A stretch of DNA of 64,000 nt from positions 12,945-76,944 of the forward strand of contig MNCI01002478.1 of NCBI GenBank assembly GCA_015680685.1, read 5' to 3'. The position numbers and the translations under genes were made by a program. The DNA comes from Gnetum montanum. Taxonomy: Eukaryota > Plantae > Gnetophyta. This document shows positions 13,055 to 23,786 of the stretch, one piece after another; position 1 is the stretch's first letter, and the number at the start of each line of letters is the position of its first letter. The notes beneath the pieces were generated by a model. The model searched no databases, was not told where the DNA came from, and was given only the letters and a program-made list of their open reading frames with translations.

Positions 13055-13538
13055 ACGTGCAGATCTGGCTGAAGAATGTGTAGATTTGGATGAGGAAAAT
13101 TCATATCTAGAGCTGATGAAGGTAGATCTAATGAAACCGAGAGTAGATCTGGGACCATGAGGAGTAGATCTACAAGGTGGTGTAGCAGATCTAAAGAGAT
13201 CGAGCCTGGATCGAAGTAGATCTGAGAAATGATGAAGAAGGGGAAAAATTAGATCTAGAGCTGATGAAGGCTGATATGATGGAATTGAGAGTAGATCCGA
13301 GAGTGTGAGTAGTAGATCCAAAAGGTGGTATAGTAGATCTGAAGAGATCAGGCCTGGATCGAAGTAGATCTGAGAAATGATGAAGAAGGGGAAAACTTAG
13401 ATCTAGAGCTGATGAAGGTAGATCTGATGGAACCAAGAGTAGATCCAGGAGTGTGACGAGTAGATCTACAAGGTGGTGCAGCAAATTTGAAGAGATCGAG
13501 CTTGGATTGAAGTAGATCTGAGAAATGATGAAGAAGGG
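13055..13538. repeat. ~148 bp tandem repeat (about 3 copies), AGATCT-rich, adjacent to PBS
   Basis: gatgaagaagg recurs at ~13231, ~13380 and ~13527. atctagagctgatgaagg recurs at ~13104, ~13253 and ~13401. Confidence 0.85.
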
Positions 13539-13555
13539 CCCTCCTTCTAGCACCA
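13539..13555 (-). promoter_or_regulatory. Primer binding site, tRNA-Asn
   Basis: The - strand reads TGGTGCTAGAAGGAGGG, 5 nt after the 5' LTR. It matches the plant tRNA-Asn(GUU) 3' end as I recall it (CCCTCCTTCTAGCGCCA) with one CpG-type mismatch. Confidence 0.8.
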
Positions 13556-13560
13556 GAAAC

Positions 13561-15715
13561 TGTACCTTCTAAAATTGTCAATGCCAGGCTGGAACGTTAC
13601 GGGCACCGAAAGATTCATAGAAAAGCATAGTAGACCCTACGACCACTTGAGGGAAAGTTGGAAATGGATGAAGGCAGAGTACCTTGGATGGTCTACATGT
13701 GGATCAAACAAGGTCTTCCCCAATGTTTGCCGCTACAACACACTGGGTTATACGTAAACTGCAACTAAATGTAAATTAGTATGAAACATACAGAAAATGT
13801 AAACATGTGTAAACATAGAAAACGATGTAAAATGTAATGAAATTTGGTCAAATTTATCAAATGTATTGAAAAAGAGTGTGTACAAAGCACTGGTCTATAC
13901 GTAGTTGTGGATCTACACAAGGTGGACGTATAGCCCCAGTTGATGAGGATGGGTGGTGGCAACTACTGGGAATTTCTGTAGGCACAATGTGAATGTTGTA
14001 TGCTCAGCGTGCAGGATGTATGCCTAGCATGTGAGATCTGTGCTCTCTTGATCTTTGTGTGAAAATGATCAAATTTTTGAACCTGCCCGAACTGAACCTC
14101 GAACCCCTATTTAGTCAAAAATTGGGGTTTTTATATGATCTTAGAGCATGGAATTTGGATCTGAAGTGGGATGATTGGCTATGGGAGGTGAAATTTACGG
14201 ATCTAGCAATAGGTGGGGAATTTATTGATGTGAAAGAATAAAATTTTACAAGTGTACAGCATGAACACTATCTAGTTCACACACTAGGCATGCAAACCCT
14301 TAGCGTGTGAACTTTCATGCCCACAAAAAATGAATGAATAATAGTTGTACAATTGATTTCATTGTTCTAGCCAGTAGATCTAAGCTCTGGCATCCTTTTT
14401 CTAGCTTTAGTGTGTTATTCTAAGCTCTAGGGTGTCCTGGCATGTCCATAGAGCTTCCAGCGTGTGAGTTTGGGTGTCTGGCGTGTTTCTGTATCCTCAT
14501 ACGCTGGGCGTATACGCTCCATACGCTAGACAATAGGTGGCCAAGAGTGAAAGATTTTGACCTATATTTTGATGCCTGAAGCTACTTTTGACCATGGATC
14601 TAGATGAATGATATCCTGAGGATGTTGGATATTGAATTTGGGCTTATTTGGCCTTGCTTTTGCAAGGTTTTGGGAGGCCTAAATTTGAGCATGCTGGCCA
14701 CATGTTGGGCGTGTACACTGGGCGTATAGGTTAGAGTGTGAGCCTCAAAACTGTAATTTAGGAATCAAATTTGTTATTCTGGGGTATTTACACTAATCCC
14801 TAAGTCTTGTTGGTCCTATAGGTCATCCAAGAGCTGATTTTGACTTCGTTTTAATGGAGTTTTGGGCTCATCTCTGAGGTGCATATTGGCTGTACGCTGG
14901 GCATATACGCTGGGCGTAGAGGCCAATGTGTGAGGCCAAAAATGATACTTTTGATTCCAAAAATGAAAGTTTTCAAAGCCTGTGATGATGTAGACTAGAT
15001 TCCCACATCCTGAGGGTCAAATACATGCAAAAAACTTGCCTAAAAGTGCCTATTTGACCTTGTCCTTGGTGCCACACGCTAGGCATACATGCTGGGCGTG
15101 CAGGATGTACATGCTTAGTATGTGAACTTAAAAGTGCATGATTTCAAGGTTAAAAATTGATTTACATGAGCCCATGATGATTCCTAACAATTACCCTATC
15201 TCTGAGAGTTGATGCCTTGTGAAAATATTTCTCTGAAGTGTCTGTTTTGGGTCACCTTTGAAGTGATACGCTGGGCGTACATGCTGGGCGTGTGAGCCAG
15301 CGTGTAGGCAGGAAATGACCCATTTAGTGTCTAAAATTTGATTTTTAGGATCCTGATACCTACCTAGGACCTTAGGGAAGGTCATGGGGAGTCTAGACCT
15401 TCGATTCTAGCCTATTTTGATGAGTTTTTGAGGCTCAAAATTTTCTGCATGCTAGGCCATACGCTGGGCATGTGTAGGCCAGCGTATAGGATGCATACTT
15501 AGTGAAAAACAAGTATTTTGAGATCAAAATTTACTAGGTTTGATGCTAGATGTCACTGTAGTCTTCTGTGGACCCCAGGGAACCATTTCTTGCTTATTTC
15601 GACTTCGTTTGAAGCTGTCTATGAGGTCCTCAAGCTTTAGTCATGCTGGGGAGCATCATGACTTAGCTCAATTCTTGTCAGAGAAGTGCTAAGCTCAGAA
15701 TTTTGTGGTGTTTCA
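13561..15715 (-). repeat. 5' LTR of nested element (2155 bp)
   Basis: TG...CA termini (tgtacc...gtgtttca), colinear with 4981-7108. Confidence 0.93.
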
Positions 15716-16473
15716 CACATGAAAAATTCTCTACATCAATCACAAAACCCATGGTAGATGTAATGAAACTCATCCCATTAGAAGCCTCTATGGGTTGGTC
15801 AAAACCCAAGCAGATGTAACACAACTCATCCTCGGGAGAAAACAACTATCCTACAAGAATGACATAGCTGTGCTAAATCAAAGCCCATTAGGTGGCATGT
15901 AGTTCACCTAATGGAAAGCATCCCATAGCTATCATTTTTCAATGTGCTAAGCCCAAAGCAGGTTTGCCTCGTAGAAAAAGCAAAAAAGTAAAAAAGAGAG
16001 AGAGAGAAAATAGGACAAAACATGTCCCCAAGCAAAAATTAGTACAACTACAATTTCACAATGGGTCCAACCCTAAATCCACATTGACCTTGTCATAAGC
16101 ACTCCAATGAGAGGTCACAATTTTATGGGTAAGCCATTATAGTACCATGGACACTAAATCTCTCATAAGCATTCCAATGAGAGGTCACTATTTTGGTAAC
16201 AAGCCACCTTGATGCTATGTTCACCATCATCTGTGCTAACTTAGCATCTTGTAGTATCATACTATCTGCATTTCCTTTCCCTGTTATCTCTTAGTACATT
16301 ACCTATACCATTTCCCTCCAACATATCATTACCCTTGGCATTCTTGAGCATGGTGTAACAACATCTGATTAGGTGCTCATGAGTGATGTTGGTGCCTCGC
16401 TTGCTATGCTGTTTTGTAGTCTTTGTTGATGTCTCTTAGCCAACTTCTCTAGATGTCAACAAAGAGGGGCCAA

Positions 16474-18133
16474 TGAAACACCACCAAATTTGGGCCACTA
16501 GGTCTTGACTATGAATTTTTCTAAGTGTCAACTCAAAGTAAACTTTTCTAAGTGTTGGGCCTATGCTCCCCACTGTTGGGACTATGCTCGAGAGCATAGT
16601 CAGTGTAGTTTGCAACATAAGTCAAAATTTGCAAGATTTTTCTAAGTGTTGACAACAACCTCAAATTTTACTAAGTGTCAAACTACGCTCTCACTACCAA
16701 GAGTATGCTCTAGATCATAGTCAACATACAAATGCCTAGTTTTTGCAAATTTTCCTAAGTGTCAAGCCAAAAGCTATCAAGCTTGCTTGCCATGGAAGAA
16801 ACAGTTTGACAAATTTTCTTTCTAAGACTACACTCCCTACTATGCTCCACAATGTAGTTAGCATAGTCTACACAAAGACATTAGTTTGTGCCAAATTTTT
16901 CTAAGTGTTTGGGCTACACTCTCACTACTGGGACTATGCTCTAAAGTGTAGTTAGCAGTAGAACAAATTTTTTACAAAATTTGTCAAACTATTGGGACTA
17001 CTCTTCAGAGCGTAGTTAGTGTAGTCATGTAGAATTACCTCTAGAATTCTTTAGAATGTAGCATCATCCTTCATCTTAACTCTAATACACGTTTGGTGGG
17101 TAGGATTAGAAATTTGCATTTCTTTTACATTCTCCATGTGTTCCAAAATTGTACCTATGCTTAACACCACTTGAGAGAGTGAATAGCATAGTCCTGGGGC
17201 ATAGTCTCCAAAATTGCACTATTTTGCATGTTTTTTCTAGTACTTTTTAGTCTATTTAGCACTTGCATAGGTAGTTTGGCAATGTAGTCATAGTTTGATC
17301 ATCTCATAGGGTCCATTGGAGCACACCATCAGAACACCATTTGCTTCATTTGGAGCATATTTGGGTGCATTGTAGTCCCAACTACCCCTCTACCACATGG
17401 TGTGTGATCTATAATTGATAGTAATCCTAACCCTATAAATACCCCAACATTTCATGTTTTCATGGTTGGAAACTCTTGCATTCAAGTGGAAATTTTCATT
17501 TTGAGCATTCTTGCATCCAAGCACACTTGACATTTTAGCAGACTCTGAGATAGCATTTAGCACTGTTGCACACCATCCAAGACATCATAGATCACTATAG
17601 CCCATAGGAGATTGCGGAAGCCAACCTAGCAGGCACAGACTTTATCTCAAACATCATGCTTCATAGCCCAGATACCCTAAGATTATGGTTACACTAACTA
17701 CTACGCTTGTTTGTACACCACGTACCTCCTCATCTTTCTTATAGTTAACTACGCTCGCCACATTTGGGGTTGTAATGCTTTCTCTCTTGCTTAGTTCTTG
17801 TGAAGTTTTTACCATTTTCTCTCACATTTTAGCATTTTACTTGCATTTTCCTTGCTATTCTCTACACATAATCATGTTTTTGCACCTTCATCTTGCACTA
17901 GAAACTTTGACTACATTCACCTTTCTTGACATCATGGACATTGTAAACACCATGCAAACCCCCTAGCATTCATTCTAGCATTACACTATGTAAGTCCCAA
18001 TTTTATTTCCAAGATTATTCTAGGCATTCCATCTCCATTTCTGGTAGGCCCTCATGTGGACACAAGGTCAAACTATGGGCACCGTGAACCTCTCAGTCTA
18101 CCATTGCAGCCTCCAACATTTCTGGTTGCTACA
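16474..18133 (+). repeat. 3' LTR of host Tat-like element (1660 bp)
   Basis: Starts TGAAACACCACC right after the PPT and ends GGTTGCTACA, where composition switches to AT-rich. TATAAATA at 17434-17441. Internal ttttctaagtgt / ctacgctc repeats. The right end is inferred without a paired 5' LTR. Confidence 0.78.
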
Positions 18134-20599
18134 CAGCTTTTCATTTTAAAAAATCATTAATGATCCACTTAGGTACTTTTATTACTTCCCTTTCATAAGT
18201 ATTCTTTTTATATTAATCTAGTGTCTTATTTGTAGCTATCTTCAATATCCTATTCTATTGCTTTGTTCTCAAGTAGCTTTTGTTGTATCTTTTAGTATCC
18301 CTAGGACTTCTTCCTACTTACAAGAAGTTTTTAATCTACTCTTTTAACAAAATCCCATTAACACTAACTTTATATATATAGAGTGCTTTATAAATATAAA
18401 TTAACATTGGAAACCAAACTTCATGGTCCACAGGCCTATTCTTTTTAATTATATTTAGTATTTTAAAAAAGTATTTAAAATTAAGTTTTTTCTTACTAGG
18501 ATTTTTAACCCATTAACTTTCCTATTTACCCAAGCTTATTTTTATAAAAGAAATGTATCCATCTAATTGTATTTCTATTTCAACTATTTTCCTTAAGACC
18601 ATATGTAGATCTATAGATATAATGCTTTTCATCTCATCAACATGAGATAGAATTTGATAGCAAAGGATCATGATCAAGAGCCACAATGCTGATCTTATCT
18701 CAAGAGGGTTGGTAGATGAGTGAAAGCCTAAGCTCTTTGAGTGGCTACACCCAAGCTCAAACCTAGGTCTTCAACTTAAGAAATAAACACCTTACTATTA
18801 GTCAAAATTAAGGTCTAGGTAGAATTTGATAGTGATTATAAAATTTAAGAAAAATTTTGTAAAAGGACTCATCTTATAGATTCCAAGGGACCTTAAGGAA
18901 TGTACAAAAAATTTCTAGCTCATTATTATTATGAGCATAAAAAACATGTATTAATATTTACATCAACCATGAAAGGAACATGGATCTATACAATGACATA
19001 ATGACATTTTCAACTCTCTAGCAAATTTCTACTTCTAAGGCATGCATGTAAGCCTCAGCCAAATTCAAAAAGAAACACGTTACCTTGTAGTGCAAGAACC
19101 TCTACATTCATCCTTTGTTAACATATGGACCTCTACATTTTCCCTTAGTTAACATATAGATAATATGTTATGATTTGATTTGTGATTTGAAAAGTTATTA
19201 TATACATGTTTCCTTAAGTAAACGATCAACACGGAAAGGCTCAATATTCATCCTACCAATTCATTAATTGAGTCTAAGAGTGAAAGTCTAACCTCTTTTA
19301 CAATGGCTATGGACAAACTCAATTCTTAAGACATGAGAAGTAAGAACTTTATCATCACTCTAAATGATGAACATTGTACATTTTTCTCAACTACTAAATA
19401 ACTACCAAACATTTATTTCAACCATCAAATTTCAAAGCATAAGTTGTCATGAACTATATAAAATAGAGGCTTTTACAATGTTTATGATTCATCCATTTTA
19501 GAATATACCTTAGCTCATCTTATGCATTCCCATGAATTGCATTCAAAGTTACTAAAATAAGCTTCAAAATATATCATACTTTACATCTTGACTTCCCATC
19601 AATTACTTTTAAAATATTTGAATGAGCTCTATAGAAATGCAAATGAGATGCATTTAGCTCATATACTTCACTTTGAAACATGAATAATAAATAGTAAACA
19701 AAAGTATAAGGACATTTAATAAATTATTTTACTAATACTTACAAGAATTTTGGTAAACATTCATATTTTCCCCTTTCCAAGATGATTGTAATACCCTTTA
19801 AACCTTAGGTTGAAAAGCATTACATTAGGTAGAACCCCTAAAGAATAATTGGTCATGGTAAGAAGCAAGTTAATGAATGAAGTACGTAGCTAAAGGAGGA
19901 AAAAGGAACCTAGAATGAAGTCATGACCCTTGAAATGAGGTGACACTAAACAATGGAAGAAAAGAATATGTAACTATAAAATTATGTTAAACATATATCT
20001 TGGAAATTTAATCTAATTAGATAAAGAATAATGTAAATTTTCTACCAAAAAGTATGTAATAATGAAAGAAAATAAATAAATTAAAATCCTAAATACCTTC
20101 ATAAATATATAATTAACATAATATCAAAGGTCTAGCTAATAAAAATCCATGAATAATAAAGCTAAAAAATGAATATAGTATCTAACACAGAGCTAAATTG
20201 TCTAATATATTAATAGTCATTAAATATGGAAATATGACATCATTAATCAAATCAATGCACCATCCAAGATTTGCAATCTCTAACCAATCTAATCAACTTG
20301 TAATAAAAAGGAGATATTAATATAAAATTGAGAAAGGAACCTTAGCACCATCTCCAATCAAAGAATAGATAGATCTCATGGAAGCTAGGTCTAGCATGGC
20401 TATCCTACAAAACATGTTAGCAAAGGCACATAAACAACAAAAAAGATTATAGAATCATATCAATCCCACCTCCATCTCACCTATGACGAATGGGGTCCAC
20501 CCTAATTTCTAATTTTAGAAGTTGGGACGCTATTTATACATGTACTGGCATGCTTATTCCCTTGCCTTTCTAGCTTCAGCTTCCTGGCCACATTGCCTA

Positions 20600-20643
20600 A
20601 ACACACTGATGAGGGATGCAAGTCCCCAAAAACGTTTTGTGTT
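20600..20643 (+). ncRNA. Minimal type I hammerhead ribozyme motif, copy 1 (GAAA mutated to AAAA)
   Basis: AACACA CTGATGA GGGA-TGCAAGT-CCCC AAAA ACGT TT TGTGTT. Helix I is a perfect 6 bp. Confidence 0.68.
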
Positions 20644-20870
20644 ACAATAGATGTTGTGCAATGCTTTGATCTTTCTATTACTTTCTGTCTAATAGTTTTT
20701 CTATTTTATAGTTTCTACAGTATTTCTCTTAGCCTCCCCATCCTTTTCCTTGATGCACGAGATCTATTTCTCAAATTTCTAAAATTTCTAATTTTAGAAG
20801 TTGGGACCCTATCTATACATGTACTGGCATGCTCGCCTTTGTAGCTTAGGCTACCTGGCCGCATTGCCTA

Positions 20871-20914
20871 AACACACTGATGAGGGGTGCAAGTCCCCAA
20901 AAGTGTTTTGTGTC
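20871..20914 (+). ncRNA. Hammerhead ribozyme motif, copy 2 (GAAA mutated to AAAA)
   Basis: AACACA CTGATGA GGGG-TGCAAGT-CCCC AAAA GTGT TT TGTGTC. Confidence 0.65.
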
Positions 20915-21221
20915 ACAACAAACGTTGTGCAACTCTTTGAGCTTTCTATTACTTTTTGTCTAACAATTTTTCTATTTTACAATTTTCACAGTATCTCTCT
21001 CAGCCTCCACATTCTTTTCCTTTATACACGAGATCTATTTTCTAAAATTTCTAAAATTTCTAAATTTTTAATAAGTGGGAGTTTCTAATTTTAATGAGTG
21101 AGAGTTTCTAATTTTAATGAGTAGGAGTTTCTAATTTTAGAAGTTGGGACCCTATTTATACATGTACTGGCATGCTCATTTCCTTGCCTTTTTAGCTTCG
21201 GCTACCTGCCTGCATTGCCTA

Positions 21222-21265
21222 AACACACTGATGAGGGGTGCAAGTCCCTGAAAACATTTTCTATC
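21222..21265 (+). ncRNA. Hammerhead ribozyme motif, copy 3 (core intact, helix I decayed)
   Basis: AACACA CTGATGA GGGG-TGCAAGT-CCCT GAAA ACAT TT TCTATC. Confidence 0.65.
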
Positions 21266-22082
21266 ACAATAGGGGTTACGCAATGCTTTGATCTTTCTAT
21301 TACTTTCTATCTAATATTTTTTCTATTTTACAGTTTCTATGGTATTTCTCTCAGCCTCCCTATTCTTTTCCTTGACACATGAGATCTATTTCTAAAATTT
21401 CTAATATTTTTCTCTCTATCTCGTTGCCTTGGAATTTCAGATTCTTGCTAATAGAGTCTTTCGTTGTTCTCTAGATTCTAACCATTTTCAATTTTTTTCG
21501 TTTTTGGTTAGGTTTTAATCCTTTTGCAGGTTCTCCACGAGTTTTGATCACATTGCATGAATATGTGGACCACAACATGTTTCTTTTGATCCATTTTTTG
21601 AAAAATTCCCTACTTACATTGGTCTTCTTGGTTGTGGTTTCTTCTGAAGGTGTTTTCTTCAATTTCATCACAACCTCTGGATGTTTCTTCTCTAGTGTCG
21701 TTGCAACTCGTCTATTCATTGCTATTGAAGATCTTTGTTCATTGTTGTTTTCAGCCAAACGTCTACATGCATGACATTCTTTGGTGTCAGACCCATCATG
21801 TTCACCATTCAAACATGAGGATTACCCTAAACCCTTAACATCCTTCAGCTCTACCAAAAATATTTGATTTTTTGAACGTTTCATGTTCACCTTTGAAATA
21901 CTGTTCTATAATAGTTTTGTTAGTACATCATCTGACCCCCATCTTGCCTATGATGACTGGGGCCCTATCTAATTTTAATGAGTGGAAGTTTCTAATTTTA
22001 GAAGTTGGGACCCTATTTACACATGTACTGGCATGCTTATTCCCTTGCCTTTGCAGCTTTGGCTACCTGGCTGCATTTCCTA

Positions 22083-22126
22083 AACACACTGATGAGGGGT
22101 GCAAGTCCCCGAAAATGTTTTGTTTA
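22083..22126 (+). ncRNA. Hammerhead ribozyme motif, copy 4 (core intact)
   Basis: AACACA CTGATGA GGGG-TGCAAGT-CCCC GAAA ATGT TT TGTTTA. Confidence 0.72.
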
Positions 22127-22714
22127 ACAATAGACATTGTGCAATGTTTTGAGCTTTCTATTACTTTCTGTCTAACAGTTTTTCTGTTTTACAGTTTCTA
22201 CAGTATTTCTCTCAGCCTTCTCATTCTTTTCCATGGTGCACGAGATCTATTTCTAAAATTTCTAAAATTTCAAGGCTAGGTTCATATACCCCATTGCTGA
22301 TAGTGAATGGGTTAGTCTATTATTTATTGTGCCTTAGTTATTGTGTCTACACATCTCTGAGTGCATAAATTTCTAGTATAGACACCGCATGTTCATTTAG
22401 TACTTTAGCAATCTAATCAACAACCACTTGTTCTATAATCTCTTATCCTAGGTGGTACATCACCAAGAATATTGCCTCCTCACCCTCCTCCAAGATCACT
22501 AAAAAGGTAGCGACACTTCTAAAGATTTCTAAGAATTGTTTTTGTTGTGAAGAGAGACACCATTACCTCTTGGGCTATAGGATTTAACCTTGTAGGTAGT
22601 TGGGTTCTTTAGGTTGAGAATATTGACCCACCTTCCTCCATATAATTAAATGTTTAAGCCACTTCATTAAGGTGACTCATTTTAGGATGGTACATAGATG
22701 GATCCCCACCATTN

Positions 22715-22930
22715 AACAAAACATTTTCGGGGACTTGCACCCCTCATCAGTGTGTTTAGGAAATGCAGCCAGGTAGCCAAAGCTGCAAAGGCAAGGGAAT
22801 AAGCATGCCAGTACATGTGTAAATAGGGTCCCAACTTCTAAAATTAGAAACTTCCACTCATTAAAATTAGATAGGGCCCCAGTCATCATAGGCAAGATGG
22901 GGGTCAGATGATGTACTAACAAAACTATTA
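22715..22930 (-). repeat. 216 bp inverted copy of 21909-22124 bounded by single Ns (probable assembly artefact)
   Basis: The reverse complement matches 21909-22124 with no visible mismatch, and the ORF-track peptides are identical. N at 22714 and 22931. Confidence 0.85.
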
Positions 22931-22931
22931 N

Positions 22932-23786
22932 ACCAAGGGACAAATGATCCATAGTTGGAAGGGAACAACATGAAAAAGCTTAGGAGTAGGCAACAATAAC
23001 TCATGTAATGGGATCTCTTTAAGAGGATCCAAAAGTAAAATCTATTTCACAGATTCCTAAGAAAGAGGTTGTGAATGAACAATTTTAAAGAGGAGAGGCA
23101 CCAGGGACTATAATAAGAATTAAGGTCACATTAACACAAGCTTTCCTTGACATGATCAAGCCTTGTGATGTCCAATGCTTAATTCTCCAAGAACTAAACT
23201 TTGGACCATTCTTAGAAAATACTTCACTAGGATTCAAGACACAGTTGCAAAACTCTCTTATGTAGCCAATCATCACTTCCAATGGGGAGTGATTCATGGG
23301 AGAGACATATCTCTTCTGGAACAGTAGAGAAATAGGAGCCACTATGAGAATCAAGGACATTTAGATGTCCTACTTGGCAGAAGTTATTGCACAAGCTCTT
23401 GATTTACTTGATTCTAGCACTCATTTGGCAAAGATCTCAACACATGAAAATGTAGATGAAAAAAGGGAGTGGAACTAGTAGTGTTATGGGGTTGATCACA
23501 AGGAGTTTGGTTTGCTCACACCAATGGAGTACATATACTTCAAGATAGTAGCTTATCAGCTCAATCTAAAGGTGGGGCCAAGCAAGGTAACTGCTTTCTT
23601 CACTTGAGTATGTGCTACTTTAAGCAAGAAATTTCCTATTAACCTTCCATAGTTACTATATTTAAAGATTGAAAAGTGTTTCAAAGAAAATGAACGTGGA
23701 AGTAAAACCATGTCATTTCCATGCCTTATTAGAAAAATTTGTAAGAGGGTAGGGGTAGTCTTCTATGAGAATGACACAATCAAGAA
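22932..23786 (+). pseudogene. Extra-ORF fragment homologous to ~48400-49240, inverted relative to its element
   Basis: Shared peptides QIP.(K/E)E..NEQ, VTLTQAFLD, LQELNF.PFLEN, GETYLFW, HKEF, LKIEK.F.ENE.G. Confidence 0.85.

Larger units (their letters stand above)
4981..15715 (-). mobile_element. Non-autonomous Tat-like LTR retrotransposon (GAG + protease only)
   Basis: Two ~2.1 kb direct repeats, TSD CACAT at 4976-4980 and 15716-15720, PBS and PPT correctly placed for the - strand. GAG and protease motifs are present, and no RT/RH/INT motif is seen. Confidence 0.93.
494..18133 (+). mobile_element. Tat-like gypsy LTR retrotransposon (5' part not resolved in window), interrupted by the 4981-15715 insertion
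   Basis: pol is followed by a 3' UTR (3962-4980 and 15721-16473), PPT AACAAAGAGGGGCCAA, and a TG...CA LTR. The uninterrupted duplicate at 55751-58426 shows the two UTR halves were contiguous. Confidence 0.85.
20467..22271 (+). mobile_element. Hammerhead-bearing partial tandem repeat (Penelope-like pseudo-LTR array or non-LTR retrozyme-like)
   Basis: ~280 bp units start at ~20506, 20785, 21128 and 21989. A unique segment lies at ~21405-21930. The ~40 bp before unit 1 resembles the sequence before unit 4. Each unit has a hammerhead core. Confidence 0.65.

Noticed and set aside
13539-13555. tRNA gene
   Set aside because: Only the 3'-terminal 17 nt complement is present, next to an LTR, so it is a PBS.
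12961-13581. S/L/D-rich overlapping ORFs resembling leucine-rich repeats
   Set aside because: Explained by the AGATCT-rich tandem repeat in the 5' UTR, which is open in several frames.
18134-20466. Multi-exon gene remnant on the - strand
   Set aside because: Some splice-like signals exist but I could not assemble a recognisable reading frame.
20506-22271. CRISPR array or a repeated small membrane-protein gene (ORFs 20593, 20801, 21872, 22677)
   Set aside because: Units are ~280 bp with no unique spacers and no cas genes. The hydrophobic ORFs come from T-rich sequence, use alternative starts and differ in stops between copies.
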